This document shows positions 10,410 through 21,301 of a stretch of DNA of 36,826 nt, piece after piece. Source of the DNA: Octopus bimaculoides (lineage: Eukaryota); NCBI RefSeq assembly GCF_001194135.2, contig NC_068985.1:125968760-126005585 (forward strand), in the 5' to 3' direction. The notes below the pieces were generated by a model, which was not told where the DNA came from, did not search any database, and worked only from the letters and a program-made list of their open reading frames with translations. Every line of letters begins with the position of its first letter. Position 1 is the first letter of the stretch. Made by a program: the position numbers and the translations under genes.

Positions 10410-13344
10410 ATACTTTTAGTTGTCCACAATTTTGTATTGTCTCTTACACGGATCACAAATTTGTGACGTGTGAGGTACATATAGATAAATGTCATAGTCA
10501 GCGACCTGGGTACTGGAAGATGAACAAGTTTTTGACTTGTGAAGCCTTCCGTGCCCTGATTAAGGAATTAGTACAGATGGCACTATGTGGCGCCATCATT
10601 AATAATAGATGGTGGCACGCCTTCAAGAGAGCCATTCGTTTAGAGTCTATTAGAGTTAACAATCAGCTAAGCTTAGATCTAGAATAGAAGGGGAATTAGT
10701 TAAGAATTTAGACGAGGCTATGGAATCTGGCGAGAACGGCCATGTACCGTCACCTCAAAGCCAAACTCGAAGGCTGCAGAGTTAGAGCTAAGCTACGTCC
10801 AGTGGGATTAGAAGGTATTAACGTTGCCGGATAGGCAAGTTGTGTGGAAAGTCAGAGGAGCAAAAAAGCTTCTGTAAAGTCTTTAACTGACGAACAGGGC
10901 CGCAAGATTTATGGACAGGAAAAGATGCAAAAGGCATTTCACCAGTATTTCGCCCGGTTGTCTGGGCAGGGCGATGCGCTCGAACGTGGGGAGTCCCTAA
11001 AGGGCTTCCTCGACGGTGGGCCGCGACTCTCGGCACGGGAGGCGGAATGCTGTGAAGGACTGATTACACCTGCGAAGTTCAAAGAGGTGTTGGCCGGGTG
11101 CGCCGGGGACAAGTTGCCGGAGCTGGATGGTCTACGCTATGAGTTTTATCGTAGCATGCCAGAGTTGTTCGGGGACATGCTGCCCAGCGTCTACACAAAG
11201 TGGCAACAGAATGGGAGGATTCCCAGCTCTGTGTGTCGGGGAGTGGTGACGCTGATCAGAAAGGATCCGAGCAACGGGGATATTATAAGTAACTACAGGC
11301 CCATAACTCTACTCAATGTAGAGTTAGCCAAAAGGTTGACGCGTGTCGTGGAGAAACTTGTAGGGAAGGCGCAGACATGCGCCATTCCAGGCAGGTCGAT
11401 CCAGGACAATCTTCACCTTATACGCTACACCTTAGATAGGTTGGGTAAATTAACCGGCAAAGGTGGGACACTGGTCCATTTAGACCAAAGTAAAACGTTC
11501 GATAGGGTGGACCACCAGTACTTGGCGGCGGTCCATGAAGCGGCTGATCTGGGCCCAGACTTCCGTAGGTGGATCTCCGCCATATATAGCGGCATCAAAT
11601 CCACCATCCAGATAAACGGCCACCTTTCGGAGCCGTTTTAGATCAAGCGCTCAGTTCGTCAAGGGTGTCCTCTGTCACCGCTTCTGTACGTGTTGGCCCT
11701 TGAGTCATTACTGCAGAAGTCGGAGAATTTGGGGAGCACCCCCAATGGAATCGGATGTGGTAAGCCTGTCTCTGCTTATGCAGATGAAATTACCATCATC
11801 GTGTCCAATGAAGCTCAGCTACCTTGTGTAGAGGACGCTATCAAAGGATACGAGGCGGCCGCAGGAACAAAAGTTAACAACGACAAGTCCATCGGCTTGC
11901 ACCTCGGCACCTGGAGGAGCAAGTCGATATCGTCCAGTGTTGTGGGTCACTGGACAGATGGTTCTGTTAAGTTGCTTGGAGTTTGGTTTGGACCGGACTT
12001 CCAGACGGGGAAGAATTGGAGCGAGGCGGCAAACAGGGTGGAGGCTCTAGTCCGGACTTGGTCCGGAAGGGCTTTGTCCCTGAAAGGAAGGGCGGAAGTG
12101 GTACAGATGTTTATTGCATCTGTAATCACCTACCACCTGACCGTTATACCTTGCCCTGACTCGTGGCGAAACAAGTTGGAGCGCCTCCTCTTTCGCTTGT
12201 TGTGGAAGGGAGGAAAGCCACTTGTGAGGCGCTCCGTTTGCTGCCAGGAACCGCTAAAGAGTGGGTTAGGGATGCCCTGGTTAATGATGCGCAGACATGC
12301 GTTGAGGCTGAGGTATCTCTGGCACTACCTGGAAGGTGACAAGGTAGGGAATCCGCTGGCGGAGGAATTCTTTCCGTGACCAGCCTCCTTGGAGATTCAA
12401 ACCCGGTTTCATTAAAAGATGTAATCTGACTGAATGGCAAAAGGAGTGTCGGCAGGCACGCGTTCTTATCTACAAGACAGGCAAGGCCGGCAGTGAGAAT
12501 ATCACCTCGGTTTTGTATAAAGCGCTGGTAAAGAGTAAATACGATGACGCCCTAGGAGGGGCTTTGGGGTTCGACGAGAACCAACTTACCAACCTATTTC
12601 AAAAAACTTTCAGACCAGGGTATTTGGATAATTACCAAAAATCCCTGACCTGACAGTGTTATAGGAACACTTTACCTGTTCGCGAGAAGTTATCTAGGCA
12701 CGGAATGTCAGTGCCATCGACATGTCCAAGATGTGGGCTGAACGAGGAAACCGTCCAGCACGCTCTTGTACAGTGTCGGAAGCCGTCAGACTTGATAATT
12801 TACGTTGAACATGTGTACAGCTATCGGCTGAATCTATAATAAAGATTGTACTGCCAACTGGACCCTCAAAGGAAGGCGAGGCATGTTTCCTCTGTACAGT
12901 TGCAGTGTTGAAGAGTGTGTGTGGAAGACCAGAATGCAAGGACTCGTGGCGAGATCCTTCATCTCTGGCCCTGGTCTGTTACTATACTTCAGATACCATC
13001 TGAAGAGTAAGATAAGGCTGGAGAGGAGAATTCTGCCGCGAAGTGTGTTCGAGAAAAGATGGAAGGCTGTGATGAGAAAGGTGGGTGCAAGTAACCCTAC
13101 TTTATCCGCATTGGAAAAAGGAAACGGATAGCTGCTGGGCCTTACAAGCAACCGAGTGTAATCCACCCCCACCCCCAAAAGTAAAGTTAATATATATATA
13201 TATATATATATCATCAATATTTTTAATCCACATGTTACATTCGAAATCATCATAACATTATTTGTGTGTATTGTCCTGTTGTGTACATTCTTTATGTGAT
13301 ATTCATTATCGTAATAAAGAATTCACCTCTAGCCGAACAATTAT

Positions 13345-13389
13345 TTTGTGCTGATGAAGGGAAATAACCCGGAAACCGCGATACACAGA
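13345..13389 (+). ncRNA. Type-I hammerhead motif at the 3' end of the Tx1-like LINE
   Basis: TTTGTG-CTGATGA-A-GGG(AAATAA)CCC-G-GAAA-CCGCGA-TA-CACAGA: 6-bp stem I (one G-U), 3-bp stem II, near-palindromic stem III (ACCGCGAT vs ACCGCGGT), AUA triplet. Confidence 0.65.
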
Positions 13390-13439
13390 TATCGTGTTAA
13401 GCTGAGTGGGGGTGCTAGATTCCCTTGTTCGAAAATATA

Positions 13440-13547
13440 AGGACACAGACCGTGTCGTATAGCCAACTGGAGACGATGTCTCCTGGGGTTAAATTACAGC
13501 AACATTTGTCCTAAACTAGGTCTGCTATGTTATGTTGGCAAATAATC
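13440..13547 (+). repeat. Dispersed copy of the spacer plus part of the right arm of the 9469-9737 fold-back
   Basis: 108 bp collinear with 9566-9673, 10 substitutions, no indels. Confidence 0.92.
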
Positions 13548-14362
13548 GTTAGTATACAGTAGTGAGATGAGACAGGCCCTTATTTTCCTATTATAGTAAG
13601 TCAGATCTGTATGCCTCCACATTTGGAAGGGCGCTTATGATTCCGGTTGAAGGAATTAGGATCGAATGCTAGTCAGTCGATCCAGCAGATGATGCTTTAT
13701 ATCGGTGCGTAGTGGGTGGTGCGCTTCAAAGCCGGAAAGAGGAAGGCCAAGAAACGATATGCATTCTCTTCTGATAGCTCCTAAAACTTACTGATCTGTT
13801 GTATGCAGAATTTTCAATCGATAGTACTCGCACAAGCATTGTTTGCAAGTCTCTAATGCACGAAAGGTCTTCTTGAAATCATTTCCAGTGTGTTATATTG
13901 TCGTTCATTTAGTTCAAATTTTTGCATTGCAGTATACTTGTATTATATTGTACATGCATACAATTCAATGTGGAATTATAGTTGGAGTAATCCTCATTTA
14001 TATGTACTTTATCCCGTAATGCATATATAAAGAAAAGTATTAAGGAACAATGTTAGACACAAACCGTTTTCCTATCAGTAATGTGTATAAATATTAGAAT
14101 TCAAATGTTATATAAATTACAATGAAACTATTGGATAATATTTATTAAATAAATACAGTACATTTAAGTAAGCAGCAAGAAAATTCGTCTCAACATTATG
14201 GACATGATGAAAAGATATTCTTACCGACAGGGGAGATTGTTATGACTGATGCGGTATCAAAAGAGAGAAAAACAGGCCTTAGAATTACCGTTTATCATAC
14301 ATAAATAATCTCATACATTTGTGAATCTCTCTGAAAGCTATTCTGTTTGTTTTCCTTTTGCT

Positions 14363-14446
14363 TGCCGTCTTCTGTCTATCTGTCTATCCATCTATCCATC
14401 TATCTATCTATCTATCTATCTATTTGTCTATCTATCTATCTATTTG

Positions 14447-14513
<67 letters not shown>

Positions 14514-14536
14514 GTCTGTCTATCTATCTATCTATC
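14363..14536. repeat. (TCTA)n tetranucleotide microsatellite
   Basis: Directly visible. Confidence 0.97.
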
Positions 14537-14649
14537 AACCCTGGCTCGGATGTTCCTTGTCAAATCACTAAATCACTACATCGCAATGTGTGTAGATAAG
14601 GTTCCCTCTCTGTCTTTCTCTTTCTCTCTCATTCTCTCTCTCACACACA

Positions 14650-14681
<32 letters not shown>

Positions 14682-15849
14682 TATTCACCAAAGGCCGTTA
14701 ATGTGATTTCTCTCTGACTCTTTATACCACCTTTATGTACATCTCACTCAAGAATAAACAGTAAAAATATGCATAGTTTAAATAAATAATTGTATCCACC
14801 AAATGAAGCATAATAATCTAGTTTCCTTCAACAGTACCTGGGAGAAGGACATCGCGTATTAAAGTAATACTAGAAATTATAGACTATACTAGAAAAATGC
14901 ACAATATACATAAATATTATACGAACATGATCATTATAAAATTTACAAATGCCTTACCGAATGATCTTTAATTATAAAGCTGTACGTATAACATTGCCTA
15001 ATCTGCATTCAATGGCTGGAATTCCCCTGAAGGTAAGGAAACATTTAACACTGAACACATCACAAATGACCTCACATATTAGCATATTAATATAATGAAA
15101 CAATACAACTGATGCCTACCCAAAAGTCATCAGATTACGTTCACGCTGTTCATGTCTGTTACACACTCAGCCACTGGCGCACTAATTAATCTTAGATCGT
15201 CATCTATGTTCAAGGACATTCTAATTTTCCCCGATAAATAATTCTCCCAGAACCGATGGATCTTTCTTTTCCTAAGACAGTTGGGTGTAGTTTCAGTGAA
15301 ATATAACTGGTATATTTCATAGATCATGTTTTCAGGGAACTTTTTTGCAGGCCGATTGATTACATAGACACCACTATTGAGAAATTTAAGTCTAACAGTA
15401 CCCAGACGCATCAATTGCATCAGTCTTGGAGGCTCACAAAGAAGAGGAGTAGCAACTTATTCATTTGGTTCAACACTGTATATTTTACACACTACTTTCA
15501 CAATATGAATGGACATTCATAGATAGGCACATACATTCTCTCATATAATGTCTTCATATGACAGATACATAAACTCAAACGTGAAAAACAAAAAATAAGC
15601 AAAAATTAAATAGAACTTCGAAAATTTCGACTATGAAAATTCAGTTGTTCGATCGACTGAGGAACGTGCTAACTTAATTAGCTTATATGCTAATTTCGTT
15701 TCTTACTCACATGATCTCTGTCGTTAACACACACACAATAACTCGCACAGATTTGCACATGCACAGGCGCATGCACGCGCGCGCGCACTGCAAGCTTATA
15801 TATATGTGTCTTTTCACCATTTTTCTGTTCTTTTCACCAATGACTTATG

Positions 15850-16290
15850 GTTTTTCTCTTCGTGCGGTTTGCTGAGTGGTCCACTTCAATGGCAGCCAAC
15901 TCCAGATTTGTGAGGCGAGTTTGAGTATATGTAATTGTATGTGAGATGAGTGCGATGTCATCTGTGAAGTCGAGGTCAGTGAGGTTCAGTGCAGGACGAC
16001 GTGAGCCTTGGTGGGGACGGAGAGGTATGCCCAGTACAGATACCATAGCGTGACTTAGTACATAGTCTGAGACTATAACGAAAAGAAAAGGAGTGAAGGC
16101 GTCCCCTCAAACAACTCTTGCGCTGATGGCAGGGGTGCATAGTAATCTTTTGCCGTCTACATAGAGATAGCGGACAGCTTTACAACTTCATTTGGTATGC
16201 ATTAGGCAGAGAGAATATGAAACATTTACTCGCGGTGGACAGTGTCAAAGGTTCACCGTCTTTTCAGATTTCACCAAAGCTTTCATTATC
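15850..16290 (-). pseudogene. RTE-clade LINE reverse transcriptase fragment, decayed
   Basis: FDTVHRE*MFHILSA*CIPNEVV...VV*GDAFTPFLFVIVSDYVL...SRRPALNLTDLDFTDDIALIS corresponds to AFDSVHR / QGDxLAPFLF / DLDFADD. Confidence 0.8.
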
Positions 16291-16523
16291 AGCTTAAAAT
16301 GTATTTAATATAGTGCTCACAGTACCATTACTTTTCAACACTGATCCACCAATACTAACCAACATGAAACATTCATGTATTTTCCCTTGTCTATGAAAAC
16401 ATGCTCTTTCCAGTTTCTCACATAATTCATCGAATCAGATCCAAGTCGAACTGCCGCATTGTCACTTAATCTCTCCTACTCCTTCTAGTTATGTTCCTCT
16501 CTTCTTTTCATCAGCTACATTTA

Positions 16524-16568
<45 letters not shown>

Positions 16569-16767
16569 ACACATACTTTCTCTTCATCTTTACTCATCAT
16601 CTTCTTCATTTTCAGTTTCTTCACACACAAACACAAACACATACACAAGCACGTGACTACACAGAGACACGTATCGAATTTAATCATATATAATTTATAT
16701 TACCTAGGTTCGTGAAGTGAAATCTCTCACTTGTAATATTTAATCTGGAATAAAACCCACAAAACAG

Positions 16768-16862
16768 ATTCTATGAGAAAGTGGAGCGATCTAGAAAAAG
16801 CCTTAATGAAGAATTAACACATGCACAACAGAGAAGAAATTTGTTCAAGGACTCTGCTGATG
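16768..16862 (+). CDS. Candidate penultimate exon of the host gene (95 nt, phase 2-1)
   Basis: AAAACAG| acceptor (weak tract) and G|GTTAGC donor; FYEKVERSRKSLNEELTHAQQRRNLFKDSAD, coiled-coil-like; phase-compatible with both 9155 and 17661. Confidence 0.55.
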
Positions 16863-17129
16863 GTTAGCACGTCCATAAACTGGGTGGAGTATATTTGCGA
16901 TCAAAAATATTTCAACATTAACAATACCGTATCATTAGAAGCATGTCCAGAACTATTTTACAAATGATAAATAAAATGTTAAGACAGAGTTAATACGTAA
17001 ATGTTGTAATCAAAACAAATTTTACTTAAGTTATCTATAGAGATTGGTTAATCAGTTCTAAACATCAAAACCAAGCAAAAGTTAAAGGCCATTCACATGA
17101 GTACATTATGTTGTATTGTAAAGAGCCGT

Positions 17130-17513
17130 AGTTGTTGTTGTTGTTGAGCACTCTGTCGCTTACGACGTCGAGGGTTCCAGTCGATCCAATCAACGGAACA
17201 GCCTGCTCGTTAAATTAACGTGCAAGTGGTTGAGCACTCCACAGACACGTATACCCTTAACGTAGTTCTCGGGGATATTCAGCGTGACACACTGTAGCAA
17301 GGCTGGCCCTTTGAAATACAGGTACAACAGAAACAGGAAGAAAGAGTGAGAGAAAGTTGTGGTGAAAGAGTACAGCAGGGTTCGCCACCATCCCCTGCCG
17401 GAGCCTCGTGGAGCTTTAGGTGTTTTCACTCAATAAACACTCACAACGCCCGGTCTGGGAATCGAAACCGCGATCCTATGACCGCGAGTTCGCTGCTCTA
17501 ACCACTGGGCCAT
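17130..17513 (-). mobile_element. Full-length SINE family C (long-middle variant) with (CAA)n tail
   Basis: Minus strand TGGCCCAGTGGTTAG (A box) and GGTTTCGATTCCC (B box); 3' domain shared with 5571-5862; tail CAACAACAACAACAAC. Confidence 0.9.
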
Positions 17514-17660
17514 TTTGTTTATAATTTTATAATTTTAATAATTTTTTTATAGTTTTAGCTTCATTATTGGTGGATTCCCCTTATCTGTCAACGGTAGTTT
17601 TTTCATTTTCTTTTTCTTTTTTCTTCAATTTGCTGCAATCTTTTCTACCTCCATCCCCAG

Positions 17661-17743
17661 GATGGAATAATGGTTTAGCAGAGCAGGAGAAAACTTCTGA
17701 AATGCTTCAAAATGTGTTTCGCAACGCAAAGGATAGATTTTAA
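17661..17743 (+). CDS. Candidate terminal coding exon of the host gene
   Basis: Long polypyrimidine tract ending CTACCTCCATCCCCAG|; (G)WNNGLAEQEKTSEMLQNVFRNAKDRF* with TAA at 17741-17743; AATAAA about 125 nt downstream. Confidence 0.6.
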
Positions 17744-18014
17744 ATTTGCAGGGATACAGACGGAGTAGATGTTGAAAATTTTCAATTAAGTTTTGACATA
17801 AGATTTATAAATCTATTTATTTTGGTATCATAATTAAGTAATATATATAAAATTCAGTCAATTTAAAAAATAAATTTACCCGATTTCTTTGAAATAGATA
17901 GTTAAAACTGGGACAACCTGTATTACGAAGAACAGAAAACTGTTCTATCTCAAAGGAAATCGTTAATTGTATGAAATATAGTAATGATTCTGTTTAGTGA
18001 TTGTATCTTAAGAT

Positions 18015-18435
18015 TCATTAGTCATTAGACAGCAGCCATACTGGGGCACCGCCTTGAAGAATTTTAGTCATACGAATTGACCCCAGTATATAGAATGTTT
18101 AAGCCTAGTACTTATTCTATCGGTGTCTTTTGTTGAACCATTAAGTTACGAGGGTGTAAACACACCAACACCGGTTGTCAAGCGGTGGCGGGGGACAAAC
18201 ACACTCACACACGCACGCATGCACGCACGTACACACACATACCCAACCATACACATACATTATTTGTATATGTATGACGAGCTTCTTTCAGTTTCCGCTA
18301 CAAAATCCTCTCAAAAGGTTTTAATCAGCCCGAGGCTATAGTGGAAGACGCTTGCCCATGGTGACACGCAGTGGGCCTGAAACAGGAACTATGTTGTTGG
18401 GAAACAAACTTCTTACAACAGAGCCATACCTTGCC
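18015..18435 (-). mobile_element. Full-length, diverged SINE family A
   Basis: The 3' domain, internal (CA) tract and 5' tRNA-like head are collinear with the reverse complement of 6693-7138. Confidence 0.85.
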
Positions 18436-20026
18436 TGGATTTACAAAAGATTTACAATTTCTAAGAATAAAGTATTTAATAGAGAGAGAACAAATGTTGA
18501 TTATATTTCTGTACTTTACCTCTGTTGAAAGTTTTTAGAGTCAGTTATAACTGTTTGTTGGTAGACCGGTTTGTTCGGAATGTCTAAAGAGCATCATAAA
18601 AGTACCATAACGGTCTTAGCTACTTCAAATTGGTTTTCACATTTACTTCTAGGAATTTGAATCAATTGATCTCCAGAGAACTCTGTCGTAGTTGCTGACG
18701 CCAATGGCAATACGGTGATGTGCAGCGTATTGCGTCATGTGAGCGTTGTTCTGCCTCTCAACCGGAAGAGAGATACCAAAGTTTTCATATTCTATCCGCA
18801 AGTCGATGTTAGCTGTTTTGTTATTTATTATGGATATATGTAGGTTATGATGTAACATTGTGTTGTGATGAGAGCTATGATGCTCCCTTGCAAGAGACCG
18901 GTCCGAGTGAAGTATAAATAGTAACGATCCGAGTGAGTTCAAGGTTGAGAGTTCGGAGGCTAGTGAAGTTCATGTTAGTTCGCAGTTGGTTAGTAAAGAA
19001 ATTTCTTAGTTCGTTACGCTGTTTTTACTATTTTCCGGCAATCTTATTTATTGTACGTAACAAATTTTGCTACAACATCTGGCGACAAGGGTCTGGAAGC
19101 TCACGTAGGTTATTTAACAACTTGTTCGGGATACAACTTGTGAAATAATGGAAACCCTATTAACTTTTAGAAGGTTCTTTTGAATAAGTGGCTTTTATAT
19201 AGTTCCTATTACTCTATGATGTTTGTTGTTTCTGTGGAAATGTTTGTTATTTAAGGAGAGTAAGTATTTCGCCATGCAGTTAACAACTGTTGTGCTTAGC
19301 GGTGGGCTGAATCAGTTCATACTCCTCTAGACTCAGTTTGGGTTTCTGTTTAGTGTGGTACATAAATTATATGTTATTGTGTTTCTAAATGCCTGGATTT
19401 ACTTCTCAGTACTATGAAAATTTACTTTCTCAAAGGAGACATTAAATATTCCTTACCTTATTATTATAGGCACTATTCTAGTAACAAATTTGTAGGTGGC
19501 TGGAAGTAGGCTATGTATGAAGAGATTGATTGTAATTTTTGGTAAATCTTCATCGTAGTGTCCAGTAAGATGACAGATACCAAGTAGTTTTCTGTGGTTA
19601 AACGGGCGTCAGATATTTTGGTGGCTGCTATAATCTTTTTTCCAATGAGCGTGTTGTCAAAACATCCACTCTGGCTCTTAACTGCTGTAAAGCTATAGAC
19701 ACTAAGCAGTCTCATGTTGGTACTGTTGCCTATGTCTTCTAGGTAATACAAGAGAAACAGGTTAAAATTTCACATACATCAATTCCTCGTAGCTTCTCAA
19801 TCAAAGTTTGAACTCTTTTCATATTTTCTCCCAACATTTAAGAAAAGTGGGCGTTTAGCATATATTGGAATTAGGAACTTGACTGATCTAGTGGTTATGT
19901 GATTAGCTGGGAATTGTATGGCAAAATATGGAAGATGCCTATGATGATAAAAGCGTAAAACTTTTTTACACTCGATCAGTTTCAAACAATATATTTCATC
20001 GGTAGTACTTCTACGTTTATATTTAT

Positions 20027-20054
20027 TACCCCCGCCTTAGCGAAGGCGGGGGTA
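20027..20054. other. Perfect 12-bp GC-rich hairpin, probable Helentron/HINE-type 5' terminus
   Basis: TACCCCCGCCTT-AGCG-AAGGCGGGGGTA preceded by TTAT; resembles TATTACCTCCGCC at 32691. Confidence 0.5.
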
Positions 20055-20589
20055 TTGTTTAAATTATTTTTACGAAGATTGGGTGAGCTTTTCACTTTTT
20101 TTTTTTTTCTTGCTGACCCTAATTAGCTTTTCGCACAGTATAATTATCCTACGATTTGGTTCGGTGTTGAATTTTATTTGTTTGTGTGTGTATGCGCGCG
20201 CGCGTGCGTGCGTGTGCATGTGTGAGTGTGTCTTGGTGTGCGCTGCATTTGCTTCTGTTTTTTTTTGTTTTTTTTTCGATGTGCAATTGTCCGTATATCG
20301 TATGAGTTTTGTCGCTATTATTTTTTATTGTCCTTCGATGACTTTCTAAATGTCATTGTGAGACTTTTATAGATTTGTATTATGTTGTCAAGTAGTAATT
20401 TATTGTCAGTATTCGTAACTCGTATAAATTGCTAGTTTTGTCCGCAAATACAAAAATGTATTTATATCTTCCTTCAGTTTCTGTAAAAATTTACCGATTG
20501 TTTCTTTTTGGTTTTTTTCTGGACTTTAAGTTTGTTCTACCATCATATGAACTCTTTCAAACATTTTGCGGCATTTATTCCAGGATTTT

Positions 20590-20680
20590 ATGCCCTGGGT
20601 TCAAGTTCTGTCGTGAATAACTTTGCCTTTCGTATTTTCTCCCAACAGGTTCGATAAAAAAAAAAGTACAACTCGGTCTT
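20590..20680 (+). mobile_element. Degenerate SINE family B fragment
   Basis: CTGGGTTCAAGTTCTG...ACTTTGCCTTTC...GGTTCGATAAAAA..AGTAC matches the reverse complement of 27745-27810. Confidence 0.5.
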
Positions 20681-21255
20681 ATTGACTGCTTATGCGTGCT
20701 AACACGCATGAGTATCTCCGTCCCTGTGCGGAAGTCCGACAGGTAAAGCGACCTACCATTTTGAGTACACCAGTCACATCAATATTAACTGTCTTTAACA
20801 CTCTATTTTACTGCCAAAATATACAAGCTGCCATTTACTCATACATAGACACACTCATAAAGCTATTATTTACCCATACATACATACGCGCGCGCGGGCT
20901 CTTTCTTTTCTCCTCCTCTCTAAAAGTGAACCCTATTAGAAAGGAAAAAGTGAAAAATAGGATATACATGCTTGTATACATGCATTCATGAATACCCACA
21001 TAGAAACACATGTACGTATACACATACATACTGATACACACATATATACACAAATGTATACGCATTATGCACAAGATGCACTAAAGAACAACCATAGCGA
21101 ATCCTATGCAGGTTCAATGTAATTTTAGTAGTAAGATAATTCAAACAATATAAACGATATTTCGCCCAGGAAAAGCAAGCTTGGCAATGTTTATGGTCTC
21201 TCCAAGTTAAATATACAAACCTACATGATGAGTAAAAATCAATGCTGTTAGCTAA

Positions 21256-21301
<46 letters not shown>

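Larger units (their letters stand above)
9852..13326 (+). mobile_element. Tx1/L1-clade LINE, decayed and internally deleted: ORF1 5' part, APE C-terminal remnant, RT, C-terminal Cys/His finger, 3' UTR
   Basis: ORF1-like 9912-~10256; SYTDHKFVTC...PGYWKMN at ~10440-10525; LDGLRYEFY, NYRPITLLN, LDQSKTFDRVDH, VRQGCPLSP, YADE (11777-11788), LSLKGRAEV, GLGMP; CPRC...ETVQHALVQC at ~12723-12776; AATAAA at ~13313. Contains in-frame stops and frameshifts. Ends are approximate. Confidence 0.9.
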
